DNA of 64,000 nucleotides, taken from the IMG/VR virus record IMGVR_UViG_3300013126_000014, positions 1-64,000 of that record; one strand, 5' to 3'. Numbering within the stretch: position 1 is the stretch's first letter; each line of letters begins with the position of its first letter. Positions 1 to 9,952 of the stretch are shown one piece after another. The DNA comes from a virus. Position numbers and translations under genes: made by a program. The notes beneath the pieces were generated by a model. That model saw nothing but the letters and a program-made list of their open reading frames with translations. It was not told where the DNA came from and ran no database searches.

Positions 1-39
1 CAATACGCTAATATCCTGCGCTACTCGATTATACCACAT
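1..39 (-). CDS. 5' end of a probable UvsY-like recombination mediator (truncated by window edge)
   Basis: ATG overlaps the TAA of the upstream gene (TAATG) and reads MWYNRVAQDISVL; position downstream of uvsX. Only 13 codons visible. Confidence 0.4.
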   Translation of the reverse strand, partial: MWYNRVAQDISVL

Positions 40-275
40 TAATAGTCGTCGTCTTCGTCAGCATGATCATCAACTTCTTCTTCGCCGATGTACTCAACTA
101 GCGCACGTTTCAAGTAACTGTCAGTTGACCCAAATGCTTTAAGATCACGTTCGGTAATACTATGATCAGCTACTACTGCTAACACATGATCAGCCACGGC
201 TTGACGATCTTTACTAGGTATGTATTCTTTACAGGTCAACCAAACTTCACTTAAAATGTCAGTTTCAATACTCAT
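39..275 (-). CDS. small acidic hypothetical protein
   Basis: 78 aa ORF coupled to uvsX (ATGA overlap) and to the next gene (TAATG). Confidence 0.75.
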   Translation of the reverse strand: MSIETDILSEVWLTCKEYIPSKDRQAVADHVLAVVADHSITERDLKAFGSTDSYLKRALVEYIGEEEVDDHADEDDDY

Positions 276-1342
276 TCTTCTGCGTCCTCTTCAACTGTAG
301 CAGATTTAACATCTTCTTTGTGTGGATTTTTTGTAAAATCTTCCATAACTCGATCTAAGCTATTATCTTCATTACGTTCCCATGCCTTGCGGAACTGTTT
401 GATAACTGTACCATCTACTAGTGTGTATTTAAGACTGTTTCCATCTTTGGATAATAATCCTTTAGACTCAAACATATCCACTAGACCACTGTAAGGATTC
501 ATACCTGTTTCGTATGGAATTTTAACTTGAACTGATTCAAATGGTTTAGCATAGCGTGTTTTCATAATCTTACATGCAGCACGAATACCTTTAACTTCAC
601 TAATCTTGTTACCATCTTCATCTTCTTTTAGTTTTAATTTACGCATAGCAACTACGATAGAACTTGCGTAGATAAAGCCCTGACCACCCGAAATCTTATC
701 ATCTGGGTCAAACATGTCTTGACTTGCGTATGTGTGGTTGGTAGCAACCAGACCAATATTTAAATCACCAAACATATTTACACAGTTACGTACCAACGCT
801 GTAAGAGCTTTAGGCTTACGACCCATATCGCCCTTTAAATCACCTGCTTCAAATTGATTAACATCTGTAGGAGTTAGCAACATACCAAGTGAGTCTAAAA
901 TAAACAAGACTTTTGGACGTTCATCTTCCGGTAGTGTTTTGTACTCTTTAACAAACTCGCTAATCATCTTGGCTACATCATCGATCATAGCCATGTTTAG
1001 TTTGAGTAATTTATCTTCGCTAGTATCTACACCAAGTGCATGTAGCCATGCTTCATCTAGTGCGTTCTCTGTATCAATTAAGATAACATAAATGCCTTGT
1101 GCTTGAGCATTTTTAACCAGGTTACCCGAACAGATAAAACTTTTACCTGCACCAGATTCACCTGCAAATACTGTAACTTTACCCATTGGAATACCTTTGT
1201 TAAAGTCGCCGCTGATAAGATAGTTCAATGCGTAGTTGTTTGTTGACACCCAATCTGTTGGGTCATTAAAGCCGATAGAAATGCCATCGATGCTTTTTGT
1301 AATACCTTTTCTGAATTTACTCAGATCAAATGGTTTAGCCAT
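272..1342 (-). CDS. uvsX: RecA/UvsX-family recombinase
   Basis: Walker A GESGAGKS, IDTENALD, Walker B region LFILDSLG, SGGQG; next to the ssDNA-binding gene. Confidence 0.95.
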   Translation of the reverse strand: MAKPFDLSKFRKGITKSIDGISIGFNDPTDWVSTNNYALNYLISGDFNKGIPMGKVTVFAGESGAGKSFICSGNLVKNAQAQGIYVILIDTENALDEAWLHALGVDTSEDKLLKLNMAMIDDVAKMISEFVKEYKTLPEDERPKVLFILDSLGMLLTPTDVNQFEAGDLKGDMGRKPKALTALVRNCVNMFGDLNIGLVATNHTYASQDMFDPDDKISGGQGFIYASSIVVAMRKLKLKEDEDGNKISEVKGIRAACKIMKTRYAKPFESVQVKIPYETGMNPYSGLVDMFESKGLLSKDGNSLKYTLVDGTVIKQFRKAWERNEDNSLDRVMEDFTKNPHKEDVKSATVEEDAEE

Positions 1343-1364
1343 GTATATACTCCAATAGTTGAAA

Positions 1365-1384
1365 TGGGGGCATATCGCCCCCCA
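1365..1384 (-). terminator. GC-rich hairpin between gp32 and uvsX (weak terminator or stabiliser)
   Basis: G-run/C-run stem around ATATC, followed by only TTTC on the minus strand. Confidence 0.5.
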
Positions 1385-1392
1385 ATGCCCAG

Positions 1393-2442
1393 TTAAGCCT
1401 TGTTTTGACGGTTGCGAATCATCGCAAGAATGTCTTCGGCACGTTGTCCGCTACCTGCTGGTGTAGCCACAGGCGCTGTAGGAGCCGCTGGTGCTTCTGC
1501 TTCCGCTACTGGATCAGGAGTAAAAGGAAGATTTTCATCTTCTGTTACTGCTGGTGTTGCTGGCACTGTTTGGGGTGCTTGTGCTGGAGCAATATAACCA
1601 GTTGTTGTTTGCGTAGGTGCCGCCTGAGGGGCTGCGCTACCTGCTGGTGCGCTCACACCACGCGGACGATAGTAAGCGCCCCAACGTTCTGTGTCATACG
1701 CTTGACCATCAACTGATGCTTCAAACATTTCTTTGATGACTTTTAGCTCAACATCGCTTGGTTTCTTAGGAAGGAATTCGCTAAGGTTATACAAGCCAAA
1801 TTGCTCAATGGCCGCTGCTTCGTCTTGTGTTAACGCTGACTCTTTGCGTGACCATTTACTTGTACTGTAGTCAGCGTATCCGCCTTTTGATGTTTTGCTA
1901 ATAGTAAAATCTAAGCCACCTTGATAGTCGGTAGGTAGGTTCTCTAGTTCTGGATCCATCAATGCCGCTTTAACTAGGTTAAAGATCTGTGGGCTAATGA
2001 TGAATCTACGGATTGGATTGGTAGGTGGCTGATCGTCTGTTAACGGATTCTCACGTACAAAACCTTGGAACAAGTATGATTTTTTCTTCCAGTACTTACG
2101 ACCCATTTCTTCTAAACTTGGATCTTTAAACCAAGTACGCACTTCAGCAAGGACTGGACATGCTTCGCCATACATTTCCACACATGGAACTTGTACAGTT
2201 ACTGGTTTACTATCTGGTTGTCCTTTGATGCCCGCAAAACTTAGGTTAATCATCAAACGTTCGGCCCAAAAGAAATCATTCTTTGTGTTGCCGTCTGGTA
2301 AAAATCTTACTCTTGCGTTGGTGCCCTCTGCAATATTCCAGTGAGCGTAGATAGCGTTGTCGCCTTGTGATTGACCGCCGCCTTGACCGCGTGTCTCTTG
2401 TGCTTGTAATTTTGCACGGATTTCTGCTAATGATGTTGCCAT
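1393..2442 (-). CDS. gp32: single-stranded DNA-binding protein, T4 gp32-like
   Basis: RVRFLPDGN, CPV, YWKKKSY, GYADYSTSKW motifs; Ala/Pro-rich linker; next to uvsX. Confidence 0.9.
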   Translation of the reverse strand: MATSLAEIRAKLQAQETRGQGGGQSQGDNAIYAHWNIAEGTNARVRFLPDGNTKNDFFWAERLMINLSFAGIKGQPDSKPVTVQVPCVEMYGEACPVLAEVRTWFKDPSLEEMGRKYWKKKSYLFQGFVRENPLTDDQPPTNPIRRFIISPQIFNLVKAALMDPELENLPTDYQGGLDFTISKTSKGGYADYSTSKWSRKESALTQDEAAAIEQFGLYNLSEFLPKKPSDVELKVIKEMFEASVDGQAYDTERWGAYYRPRGVSAPAGSAAPQAAPTQTTTGYIAPAQAPQTVPATPAVTEDENLPFTPDPVAEAEAPAAPTAPVATPAGSGQRAEDILAMIRNRQNKA

Positions 2443-2530
2443 AATGTTTTTCCTTTATTTAAGTTGGTCTTTAATATGCCTATAATGTATAGCATATATA
2501 TACTATACATATTATATTTAGCCTTTACAA

Positions 2531-3142
2531 TCATTTTGGTAATTTTTTATTTCGATGTGCCAACGACATACTATTTCTATGTTCGCTACTTTTTGGTTTT
2601 CCTTGCGCAGATTCTGACATCCTTTGTCGTGTTTCAACCGACCGTACTTTCCCTTTATTCGCTTCTGCGATTTTTTTCTTTATTTCATCAGACATTGGTC
2701 CTCGCTTTTTACGTGGTTTAGATAATTTTTCACGTGTTTCATCTGTTATTACTCGGGTTTTCCTTGCTGCTGACATGCGTTGCCGAGTTTGATCTGATAC
2801 TATGCGACCTTGAAGTAGAACATTGCACACTACACGATTCTTTTCAAACACACGACTTGTAATTTTAGTTTCATATCGGTGTGTATGCTTGTTTGTTTTG
2901 CGCATCATTCTCAGCGCATATCTCATACTTTTTTGATGCTCACCTGTTACCATTTTAGTGAGTAGCCAATGACAAATAAAGTGTTCCCTAGCAGATAATT
3001 TAACTATATTATCGTCAGTGTTTCTACCACCGAGTGATTTTGGAATAATATGATGCTGTTCAGTGTACTCTGTGTATATCTTCTTTTTAGAGTCGCTAAT
3101 AATCTTAAAATACCATGTTGTATATTTATTTTCTTTAAACAT
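2531..3142 (-). CDS. free-standing HNH homing endonuclease with NUMOD3-like repeats
   Basis: EQHHIIPKSLGG..N..DNIVKLSAREHFICHWLL HNH core; repeated S.ETRQRMS basic motifs at the C-terminus. Confidence 0.9.
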   Translation of the reverse strand: MFKENKYTTWYFKIISDSKKKIYTEYTEQHHIIPKSLGGRNTDDNIVKLSAREHFICHWLLTKMVTGEHQKSMRYALRMMRKTNKHTHRYETKITSRVFEKNRVVCNVLLQGRIVSDQTRQRMSAARKTRVITDETREKLSKPRKKRGPMSDEIKKKIAEANKGKVRSVETRQRMSESAQGKPKSSEHRNSMSLAHRNKKLPK

Positions 3143-3208
3143 AGTTTTGTTTGCCTATATACGTTAATATTATTTATCTCACAAGAGTAATTATTAATTA
3201 TTTTAACC

Positions 3209-3241
3209 AAAAAGAAAGGCACTTAAAAAGTGCCTGTTCTT
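3209..3241 (-). terminator. rho-independent terminator
   Basis: Minus strand AGGCACT-TTTTA-AGTGCCT followed by TTCTTTTT. Confidence 0.8.
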
Positions 3242-3262
3242 AATTGATTTATTATTGTTACT

Positions 3263-5170
3263 TTACTTTAAGCCTGCTATTCTACGCATTTGTTCAAGAT
3301 CTTCTTTGAATTGTTTGTTATATAATACTAACTCATCTTCACTGTCACCTTTGGTCATTGCTTTCATGCCGCGAGGAATATTTTTAAGTTTGTCCATCAT
3401 ACCCAATTCTTTTGCACCCATACGTTTGAGTTTTTCTGATTTGTTTACGTAGTCCTGTCCCTGCGTCTCTGACAGTGCTTGTTTCATTTCTTCTTTAGTT
3501 TTACCATATTTTGCCTTGAATTCTTCGTCTGTCAGTTCTTCAAGATCTGTGGCTACTTCTTTTACTCTACCTTCATTCATTTCTGGATACTCTACGCCAA
3601 CTTCAAGATATACTTCACGAACCATGTTGCTGATGTCACTTGATCCCAGTTCTTCTATTGGTGCGTGAAAACTTGCCACATCACGTGCGGCATTTAATAT
3701 ACCATCTGGGCCTGCTTTTCTTAATAATGCTGTGTGTTCGCCAATGTTGTTTAGGATTCTACGAACGATTGCTGAGGTAATACTTTCAACTTGTTCGTCA
3801 TTGTAGTCCATTTCATGTACTTCACCATCCATGCTGCCCATTGGGTCAGCATAGGCTCCTTCCATTTGCTCTGGTGGGTAGTTAGAATCGTCGCCCAATT
3901 CGTTTAACAGTTGTTGATAGAGCATTGGTTGATTATTTTCCAACCAAGACATAACTGTAGGGCGGGCATCTTGATTTGGATCTTCTTCTGCCAGAGCTTG
4001 TAGTTCATCAAATAGGTCGTCGGCACCTACGAGATTATATAAGGCAGACGTAGCATTAGCTGCATCAACCCCTAGGGGCACTTCTTCACCCAATAAATCA
4101 AGAAGTTCGTTAATTTCTTCGTCTGTTTGTGCCACAGCCCATGTACCTTCCGATACTGTGTCTGCCCACTGTTCGAACATTTCAGCAAATTTATTTTCTT
4201 TTTTCATTTTATATGCCTTTTGAACGATAGGCAATGCTTCGTCCATGCTGTCTTTGTATACCCGTTTAACAAACCGCTCACGCATTTCGCCTAGATCAAA
4301 CTCGTCTAGTAACACGCTTTCGTTTGCTTGGAAATTTTCTTTACACTTAGTATAGCCTTTACGGCCTCCCATGCGTTTTAATGTGTTGCTTAGTAAACCA
4401 TGATATTCAAATGCGGCTTCTACCATAGCCTGTGTGTCAGCGTCTTCAAATGTTCTACTACGTACACTACTTTTAAAAGGACGAAGTTTACTACATTCTT
4501 CTGCAATACTAGTAATGTACTGTCCAAAATCGTCAGCCAATGAGCCGCCTTCGCTAACATGTCGTGCCATAGCACGACCATAACGCAAACTATTGTAAGG
4601 GAGTTTTAAGCGTTCACCTTCTACAGTTTCTAAATACATAGCTCGAATCTTACGGCTACGGGATCCTCGTTGTTCAGGATCTACACGATCACTATGACGA
4701 ACAATTAACCTAACATCACCATCATTTTCGTAACTACTACGACTCGTTCCATACATACGTCCTTCACCAATGACTTCATCTTTGCTGTAGGTGCTGTCCG
4801 CTTTACTTTGTTGTTCAATGTCCCGATGTTTAAGCGTACCACGTGTAATATCACGAGGTTCAAAACTTAAAAGATTACGTTTAGCAAACTCGCGCAGTTC
4901 ACGTAAAAATGCATACCACTTCTTCTGTTCTTCGTCGCTTAACGAGTGACTGATATTTTTACTAAAATAAACTTTAAGACTAAGTTCATCAATGACACTT
5001 AAGGTAATATTACCGTAGTTTTTGCCATCTACTACATAGTCAAAGTTAAAAAACCGTGCAAGCTCAGGATTTTGTGTGGCTTTAGCGTTTTCGTCGCCTA
5101 AGCTGACATCTTCAAATCTGTCACGAATTTTTTCAAATAAAGCTTCTGATATTTTGTTAATTTCACGCAT
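3263..5170 (-). CDS. large acidic protein, probable virion head/internal protein
   Basis: 635 aa; TAAATA box 7 nt before the ATG; ends RRIAGLK like the scaffold (RRLAGLK). Confidence 0.6.
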   Translation of the reverse strand: MREINKISEALFEKIRDRFEDVSLGDENAKATQNPELARFFNFDYVVDGKNYGNITLSVIDELSLKVYFSKNISHSLSDEEQKKWYAFLRELREFAKRNLLSFEPRDITRGTLKHRDIEQQSKADSTYSKDEVIGEGRMYGTSRSSYENDGDVRLIVRHSDRVDPEQRGSRSRKIRAMYLETVEGERLKLPYNSLRYGRAMARHVSEGGSLADDFGQYITSIAEECSKLRPFKSSVRSRTFEDADTQAMVEAAFEYHGLLSNTLKRMGGRKGYTKCKENFQANESVLLDEFDLGEMRERFVKRVYKDSMDEALPIVQKAYKMKKENKFAEMFEQWADTVSEGTWAVAQTDEEINELLDLLGEEVPLGVDAANATSALYNLVGADDLFDELQALAEEDPNQDARPTVMSWLENNQPMLYQQLLNELGDDSNYPPEQMEGAYADPMGSMDGEVHEMDYNDEQVESITSAIVRRILNNIGEHTALLRKAGPDGILNAARDVASFHAPIEELGSSDISNMVREVYLEVGVEYPEMNEGRVKEVATDLEELTDEEFKAKYGKTKEEMKQALSETQGQDYVNKSEKLKRMGAKELGMMDKLKNIPRGMKAMTKGDSEDELVLYNKQFKEDLEQMRRIAGLK

Positions 5171-5183
5171 GATACATTATTTA

Positions 5184-6752
5184 TCAAAAAACTATGAATG
5201 GCATGGGCTCAATGAAATCGTCCACGCTGTCTCGCATTGCCGAATCCAATCCACTATCGTAAGTTTGTAATAGCTGCGCCATGCGAATAATTAACACCAA
5301 ACTCATAACTAAGTCGTCAGTTTCACCCGGTTTAGCTGCATAGCTATTTCCGTTAGCTACGAATGTTTTAAGTTCTGAGATTAAATTTCTACTACTAATC
5401 TTCATACGTTTGCTTTCTATTAAATTTTTAAGTTTAGCACATGCACTTAGTTTACTTGAGTTAGTGGTATTAAACCCTCGACGATATCTTCTGCCAGATC
5501 CTGCTTTAGCCGGCTCACTTAAAAATGTACCTTTGATATTTTCCTCTCCAAGCTCGGCAATAGATACTAACGCTGCCTCGCCCAAAGTATTGTTTTCTAA
5601 ACTGTAATAAAGATTATTAACCGGAACAGTTTCGGCAAGATACTTCATAATCTCACTGAGTATGCCCACTTGCTTCTGCACAGGAGTTTTATTATGTTGC
5701 CACTCGCCCACTTGTGAAAATGTAGGTAGTTCAAATATCTGTATTGCAGCTGGATCACCACCTGTGCCCAAACTTGGATCTAACGCCACAAGGTATGTTT
5801 TTGCCGGATCAGGTCGGCTGTACCATCGAACTTGTCCCTGGCGTTCAATAGGGTCTTCACCTTGTAGTTCTACTAAGTAGCTAGGATTAATTAATGTCTC
5901 GTCCCAGATGATAAATTCGCAGTCCATTTCTCGTCGGAAGCGTTCATCTCCTAACTGTGCTCGCTGTTGTGCGGCCCATGCCTCATCTCGATCAGGATGT
6001 TCGTTCCAATAGCTACGATATGCTTTAAATCCGTTGACACCTATTTCTGTAGGATTACCAAATTCATCAATACATTTGTTCGCACCTTTCCATAGGGTAG
6101 CAAACTGATCTTCATCACTATTTGGTGTACTTGTGATAATACATTTACCACCAGTTGCTAGTGTGGGACTGATTGAAGTCCAAAATTCTCGTCCTATGGT
6201 AGGGCGGACGAACGCAAACTCGTCACAATACAGTAGTGATATTGACATACCACGACCTGTATTTTCTGTCGTTGTGGCACTTACAATTCGACTTCCGTTG
6301 TCAAAGTCAATGCTACCTTTGTTGTAACTTACAGCACCTGCACGTATAAAGTCTGGCACACTTTCATAAGCGTACCGAATACGTTGCATAATTTCCTGTG
6401 AGCCTGTAAATTTGTGAGCGGCAATTAAGATAGTACTATCTGGTACAAACATAGCATACCACAATAAGTATCCTGCCGCACTTGTTGACTTACCTGTTTG
6501 CCGAGGCATTAGCGATATACTATATCGATAATTATGATACGTATCAATTAAACGTACTTGATAATCAAACGGAACGTATAGCATACGCCCTTTAGTGGGG
6601 TGCTGTATGTAAAAGTAGTTGCTCATAAAGTACTCAGGGCCTGTTATAGGGTCTGAACACTTTACAAACTCTTGTAGTTGCTCTTGTGTAAAGGCCGTAG
6701 CTTGGTGCGGCTTTTTAACAAGTACGTTATCTGTACCTTTTGCGGTTGCCAT
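5184..6752 (-). CDS. terL: terminase large subunit (T4 gp17-like)
   Basis: PRQTGKS Walker A, LLYCDEFAF Walker B, ITSTPN motif III, LDPSLGTGGD nuclease motif, DDLVMS. Confidence 0.97.
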   Translation of the reverse strand: MATAKGTDNVLVKKPHQATAFTQEQLQEFVKCSDPITGPEYFMSNYFYIQHPTKGRMLYVPFDYQVRLIDTYHNYRYSISLMPRQTGKSTSAAGYLLWYAMFVPDSTILIAAHKFTGSQEIMQRIRYAYESVPDFIRAGAVSYNKGSIDFDNGSRIVSATTTENTGRGMSISLLYCDEFAFVRPTIGREFWTSISPTLATGGKCIITSTPNSDEDQFATLWKGANKCIDEFGNPTEIGVNGFKAYRSYWNEHPDRDEAWAAQQRAQLGDERFRREMDCEFIIWDETLINPSYLVELQGEDPIERQGQVRWYSRPDPAKTYLVALDPSLGTGGDPAAIQIFELPTFSQVGEWQHNKTPVQKQVGILSEIMKYLAETVPVNNLYYSLENNTLGEAALVSIAELGEENIKGTFLSEPAKAGSGRRYRRGFNTTNSSKLSACAKLKNLIESKRMKISSRNLISELKTFVANGNSYAAKPGETDDLVMSLVLIIRMAQLLQTYDSGLDSAMRDSVDDFIEPMPFIVF

Positions 6753-6765
6753 ACAAATACTTATG

Positions 6766-7077
6766 TTAGAATGGTTTCTCGCCGGTCATATATGGCAAGC
6801 TGAACCACAGCCTAAACCATTCCGGACTCCCTGGTTGGATATTGTTATTATTTTGATATTGGATTTTTTCGTTAGCAGTATGACTTACGTTACTAACTTC
6901 TGTTTTAGATACGCTGTTATATCCGGTGTACTCGTTTAACTTTCCCGCATTAGCGTCACTCAACCCAGCAAGGCGTTGGATATCGTGTATTGGGTCAGCA
7001 TCATCTAGTACTGCTTCTGGAATCAGGTCCTCTGCTTTATAGAAGTCTGCTGAGGTTAATTTATTTTGTTTAGACAC
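6766..7077 (-). CDS. hypothetical protein (possible head-associated)
   Basis: 103 aa coupled ORF containing IQRLAGL. Confidence 0.7.
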   Translation of the reverse strand: MSKQNKLTSADFYKAEDLIPEAVLDDADPIHDIQRLAGLSDANAGKLNEYTGYNSVSKTEVSNVSHTANEKIQYQNNNNIQPGSPEWFRLWFSLPYMTGEKPF

Positions 7078-7426
7078 CGTATTTGTTCTTCTTAGGTTTG
7101 GCAGTAGGACTATTTTTGTTTACATTATCTAGTTCAGCCGATCCACGACTACTGTGTTTTCGTGCTTTAATTCCAAATTCTTTTCGAGCATGATTAATAA
7201 TTTCATTGTCTGCATCACTGTAGCCCACCGTAATAAACTCACTGCCTATAGGGCCTTCTTGATGATCTACTTCGTTTGGACTTTTTGCTAGTGCTACGCC
7301 AAATCTGTAGGCCAAATAGGGATGGTTGTTATTGTCTAAATAAGGATAGCTATCAAGGTTAGAAAGGCTTTGTGTGGTTCCCTTTCTAACCTTGCTGCGC
7401 GATTCAACAATCTCAGTTATTTTCAT
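7070..7426 (-). CDS. hypothetical protein (possible internal head protein)
   Basis: 118 aa; N-terminus MKITEIVE resembles a cleavable capsid-targeting leader. Confidence 0.7.
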   Translation of the reverse strand: MKITEIVESRSKVRKGTTQSLSNLDSYPYLDNNNHPYLAYRFGVALAKSPNEVDHQEGPIGSEFITVGYSDADNEIINHARKEFGIKARKHSSRGSAELDNVNKNSPTAKPKKNKYGV

Positions 7427-9273
7427 TATTTTTTAACTTCGCCTAACATATCTTCATATGCTTTCCAAAGTGTTTCTTCCTTAACTGCTAATGGATTAGC
7501 TGCTTTGTTAGCTGTAGCAGGATCTTGTTTTTTGCTACGATTGAGATCTGTACCGCTCGGAACAACTGCATCTACTCCTGCTACTTTTTCTCGCGGCGTG
7601 TTTAAATGTTCAATATCTCGTTCTTCTTCTAATTCTGCTTGTGGCTGTTCTTGCGGAACGGTATTGTCAGTAGGTTGAACTGTCTCTTCTTGTCTATGTT
7701 GAATTCCTGCCAATAGTTGCATCAATGTCACTGCGTCTAAATCATCAGCAGTAAAACTGATGTTAGCATTGATCATTTCGTCTAATTTTTCTTGTGCTTC
7801 TTTAACCGTATATTTCTTACCGTCTACTTCAAATTCTTTAGCACCACTTGCACGTGCCTGTGCTAGTGCTCCTGAGAATTCGTTACCTTCACCCATTTCT
7901 TCTTCTTCAAGATCCATAGTGTCGGGACTTTCTTCTACATTTATTTCGTTGTATACTTCTGTTTCTTCTACTGGTATTCCTGCTAGGCGGGCAATTTCAT
8001 CCAATTCTTGATCTATTCCGCCAACAAATGAATTTTCTGGTGCGTTACACTCTGCGATTTCTTGACAGTAGTGACTGTATGATGTAGCCACATCGCCAAT
8101 AAAGTCCTCGTCAGTCATAATAATATTGCGAGCACGATTTGGTTCAATACCTTGTGCTACCATTTCTTGACGCACTGCTGTCACAAAACTTGAATCAGCT
8201 GTGTTTAGTGTAGGATTCTTTTCAGCTAGAGCTTTACCTACTTTTTCGTAGAAGTAATCTGTTTCTTCCATAACACGGCTTTCTTTAACCATTGCTGGTT
8301 TAGCTTTCTTCATGTTAGGAGCAGAGTTTTTAATTTTACCAGCGTCTTTAAATTCAACGCCTTCTTCTACTTGGCCTTTGTTGTGTGCTTTCCATGCTGT
8401 AGCATAAGCAATACCTTTTTCACGTTTAGTCAGAGCGCCGTCTTTAGCATAGCCTTTCTTAATATGTTTAACCATACGTTCAGCTTTAGCGCCTGGAGGT
8501 GCTACTTCGGCAACTTTCTTATCTAGCATTGGGTGATTAGGATCTGTTTTAGCAAGATGTGCTTGGAAGCTGTCATAGTCTTTACCGGCTTTCTTTGATG
8601 CAGCCACACTTTTTGCTTTTGCTGAATGCTTTTTAAGATCTATTTGTGATTTAGCGATATTGCCCTCATCCAAGTCATCTACTTCTGGACTATCTTTCTG
8701 TGCAGCGCCACCGTAGGCTTTACCAGCAACTTTACGGATTGGCGTGTTACGCTCATCGCGATAACCTTGTTCGTCTTCTTGACGATCTTTAATAGCCTGT
8801 AGACGTTTACGTTTAGCAATAGCATCAGCATCTGGTGCAGCTGGCTCATCGTATTTGCCTTCATCTACTTCGTCATCGCCTTCATCGTTAAAAGCAATCA
8901 TTTCAGCATCATCAGGATCCATGCCTTGTTTAATAAGTTCATGATAGCGATCTAACTTGGCCTCATCACTCATACCCTCGCCTAGTTTCTTGCCTGCGGC
9001 AGCGGCTTTTTGGAATTCGGCTTTACCGTATTTTTTACGGCCAATGGCAGCGGCTACAGCTTCTGGATCTTCAGCACTACCACCTTTCTTAACTGCGGCT
9101 ACTGTTTTCTTAAAGCCCATGTATTTTTCTTCTAAACTTTTTACAGCTTCAGTAATACTACCGCGTGATTCTACGCTTTCGTATACTGGTTCAGTAGTTG
9201 CATTTTCGGTTGGTTTTGTAACTCCTAAAACAGAGCCAATCTTGCCCAAAATATCATAAATGTTGTTGCTCAT
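7426..9273 (-). CDS. Glu/Lys/Ala-rich protein, probable prohead-processed internal protein
   Basis: 615 aa, low-complexity modules separated by LGE/VDE/LDE/VAE/VEE sites; contains IARLAGI. Confidence 0.6.
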   Translation of the reverse strand: MSNNIYDILGKIGSVLGVTKPTENATTEPVYESVESRGSITEAVKSLEEKYMGFKKTVAAVKKGGSAEDPEAVAAAIGRKKYGKAEFQKAAAAGKKLGEGMSDEAKLDRYHELIKQGMDPDDAEMIAFNDEGDDEVDEGKYDEPAAPDADAIAKRKRLQAIKDRQEDEQGYRDERNTPIRKVAGKAYGGAAQKDSPEVDDLDEGNIAKSQIDLKKHSAKAKSVAASKKAGKDYDSFQAHLAKTDPNHPMLDKKVAEVAPPGAKAERMVKHIKKGYAKDGALTKREKGIAYATAWKAHNKGQVEEGVEFKDAGKIKNSAPNMKKAKPAMVKESRVMEETDYFYEKVGKALAEKNPTLNTADSSFVTAVRQEMVAQGIEPNRARNIIMTDEDFIGDVATSYSHYCQEIAECNAPENSFVGGIDQELDEIARLAGIPVEETEVYNEINVEESPDTMDLEEEEMGEGNEFSGALAQARASGAKEFEVDGKKYTVKEAQEKLDEMINANISFTADDLDAVTLMQLLAGIQHRQEETVQPTDNTVPQEQPQAELEEERDIEHLNTPREKVAGVDAVVPSGTDLNRSKKQDPATANKAANPLAVKEETLWKAYEDMLGEVKK

Positions 9274-9278
9274 TTTTA

Positions 9279-9908
9279 TTATCCTTTAACTGGTGATGGT
9301 ATAGTGTTTTGTTTGCTACCCACTGGACTTGCTTCACCAGTTGGCAAATCGTTAGTTGTTTTACCGGTGGCTGGGTTTTTTTCACCGCCAACAGTTCTGT
9401 CAGTTCCTTCAACTTTAACTTCAACTTCGTTCAATTCCTTAAGGAAACTACCTGCTTCGCTGTAGAATTTGCTAGCAGATTTTTGTTCAGCTGTAGCTTC
9501 GGGCAATGGTTTAACCAGTTCAGCGTCGCCTTGCGTGTACTCTTTGATTTCGCTTGATCCGTCTTCGTTCCAGCGCCACGTTTCTTCCGGATGTCCTTTT
9601 GGAACTACTACAATTTTGCCCATAGGAATGCCAGCACGTTCACTGACAATGGCTCGCAACTGTGCATCATTTACTGGATACTTGAGTACCGCATCCATTA
9701 AGAACAATTGGAAATTGCTCATGCTTGGGAAGTCAATATCGTTAGATTTAATCGGCAAACGTTTTGCTTCACTTAGGCTTTCTAACCCGTAAGCGTCAAG
9801 AGCCGATTTTAATTTTTCATTTAAATCCGACGGATCTACATCTGCCAATTTAATACGAAATTCATATGTTTTTTGTACTTCAGTTAAATGTTCTAAAAAG
9901 TTTTTCAT
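9279..9908 (-). CDS. hypothetical virion protein
   Basis: 209 aa; N-terminus MKNFLEHLTE resembles the T4 internal-protein targeting sequence; TAAATA at 9931-9936. Confidence 0.65.
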   Translation of the reverse strand: MKNFLEHLTEVQKTYEFRIKLADVDPSDLNEKLKSALDAYGLESLSEAKRLPIKSNDIDFPSMSNFQLFLMDAVLKYPVNDAQLRAIVSERAGIPMGKIVVVPKGHPEETWRWNEDGSSEIKEYTQGDAELVKPLPEATAEQKSASKFYSEAGSFLKELNEVEVKVEGTDRTVGGEKNPATGKTTNDLPTGEASPVGSKQNTIPSPVKG

Positions 9909-9952
9909 ACCTATAGGTCCTGTATAGTGTTATTTATGCTGTTTTGACAGAA

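Noticed and set aside
2531-3142. Endonuclease genes as intron-encoded ORFs
   Set aside because: Flanking genes are intact and no split exons are evident, so they appear free-standing.
5184-6752. Intein in terminase, UvsX or portal
   Set aside because: Lengths are normal and no intein splice motifs interrupt the conserved blocks.
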